A stretch of DNA of 63,978 nt, counting the filler, from Hyphochytrium catenoides (Eukaryota > Protista > Hyphochytriomycota): assembly GCA_900088475.1 (NCBI GenBank). It is 11 parts of 11 records of this genome, joined end to end, with 100 filler letters (N's around TTAATTAATTAA, not from the genome) between each part and the next. Parts side by side here need not be neighbours in the genome. Positions count along the whole stretch, not along the records: positions 62,891 to 63,978 come from FLMG01001490.1; 10 more parts are not named here. One strand, 5' to 3'. This document shows, piece by piece, positions 62,791 to 63,978 of the stretch (position 1 is its first letter; each line of letters begins with the position of its first letter). Made by a program: the position numbers and the translations under genes. The notes beneath the pieces were generated by a model, which saw only the letters and a list, made by a program, of their open reading frames with translations, ran no database searches and was not told the DNA's origin.

Positions 62791-62890
62791 NNNNNNNNNN
62801 NNNNNNNNNNNNNNNNNNNNNNNNNNNNNNNNNNTTAATTAATTAANNNNNNNNNNNNNNNNNNNNNNNNNNNNNNNNNNNNNNNNNNNN
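62791..62890. other. Artificial contig-joining linker
   Basis: N44-TTAATTAATTAA-N44. Confidence 0.97.
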
Positions 62891-63976
62891 CGCCAGCCCA
62901 GCAATTCCAGGGTCCACAGAGCCTCTGAAGCCCACTGCAAACATTGCCACCGCCAAGACCACAAGAGCAGAAAGCAGGTCCAGTCTGTAGGCAAGCCATC
63001 TGCTCGACATCCAGTATATGAAGAAGTTCTTCACATTAACATTGACTGCTTCCCTATTCTTCTGAGAGAACTGCTCCTCCATGTTATACGCCCTAATGGT
63101 CATTAGTCCGTTGAGAGTCTCGTTGAATGAAGAGTAGATCGGAGAACGAGAAATGCTCTCGAGTCTTTTCAGCTCCCTGCTGGTGTGCCGGAAGTACTTG
63201 TCGACGAAGAAGAAAGCTACGGCCATGGGGAAGAAGACAAGGAGGATGTAGGGAGAAGTAAAGCAGCAGAGAAGGAGGATAATGATGATGTTGATAGAGT
63301 TGGCCAGCAGCATCGTCATAAAATCGGGAAGAAAGGCATCAACCTGATCAAGGTCCCTCGAGAAGCGGTTAACAATTCTACCAAGAGGTGTGATGTCATA
63401 GAAGGTAGTGACTGGAGCTCGGATGACTGCGGCAAAGACGGTGTGATGGATCTGATAGGAGATGCTCAGGGTCATATAAACAAAGACAAAGGACCGGAAG
63501 AGCGTGAAAAGTGCTGTCCCGACACCTAACACGCAGTAGACCCAGATATAAAAGGTCTGAGACCGATCGAACTCGTCACTGCCCCAAGCAGAGAGCCACC
63601 AGTCAGAGAAGGAGCGTACGGCCTGAGCTGCGATGAAGCCAAAGAGAACGAGGAAAGCGAGGACGAACCCCCAGCTTCCAAGAGCAGCAAAGTACTCCTT
63701 GTATACTCGGCCTTCCACAGCACCTTCCCTTCTCTCTTCCTCCACCATCAGTTCACCTCGCTTATTTGTTACCGTCGTCATCATCTGAGACTCTCTGGCC
63801 TCCGACGGGAGCGGGTCTTTTCTCTCACCTTCCACACCACTTCCTGTTGCTCCGTCTTGGCCCTGTGCCTCTTCTTCCTCTTCCTCATCTCCCACATTGA
63901 AGTACTTTGGAAATGAAGAAGCCAGGTCAGCAGGAGCTCCTTGGCCTACAACCTGCCCATTCTCGACGATAACAAC
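62891..63976 (-). CDS. ABC transporter subfamily C (MRP-like), partial: end of NBD1, linker and TMD2
   Basis: VVIVENGQVVGQG (NBD tail), EERREGAVEGRVYKEY, FYDITPLGRIVNRFSRDLDQVD, SRELKRLESISRSPIYSSFNETLNGLMTIRAY and RWLAYRLD. Confidence 0.95.
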
Positions 63977-63978
63977 CT

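Noticed and set aside
12187-62846. Recurring TTAATTAATTAA as a biological repeat, CRISPR-like array or piggyBac TTAA site
   Set aside because: It is always centred in exactly 44+44 Ns, so it is an assembly linker.
1-63978. tRNA, rRNA, snRNA genes and CRISPR arrays
   Set aside because: None recognised by eye; tRNAscan-SE and Infernal would be needed to exclude them.

Overview
This is eukaryotic nuclear DNA from an (AG)n/(CT)n-microsatellite-saturated, intron-rich protist. The genes look SAR/stramenopile-like, but that is inference. It is not one locus: ten artificial 100-bp linkers (N44-TTAATTAATTAA-N44) join 11 separate scaffold pieces (1-12142, 12243-16074, 16175-17622, 17723-22852, 22953-51252, 51353-52353, 52454-57499, 57600-59825, 59926-61003, 61104-62790, 62891-63978), so adjacency across linkers is meaningless. 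Most ORFs in the supplied track are artefacts of stop-poor AG/CT tracts. By manual splicing I recovered an ACP7-like purple acid phosphatase, a CRAL-TRIO/Sec14 protein, an intronless RNA 2'-phosphotransferase (Tpt1/KptA), legumain, an FLVCR/SLC49-type MFS transporter, METTL16 and URC4/DUF1688. I also found partial Vps34, adenylosuccinate lyase, WDR76/Cmr1 and ABCC genes, a disrupted Crinkler-like NTPase-nuclease gene, a degenerate Ty1/copia RT and several orphan ORFs. The most notable observations are: (1) many introns are polarised, with (AG)n just after the donor and complementary (CT)n just before the acceptor, a candidate RNA-duplex-assisted splicing system; (2) a Crinkler-type effector gene with an unusual helical header, broken by compensating frameshifts and one TGA; (3) a bacterial-looking intronless KptA with a presequence-like extension; and (4) microsatellite-derived insertions inside a folded enzyme domain.
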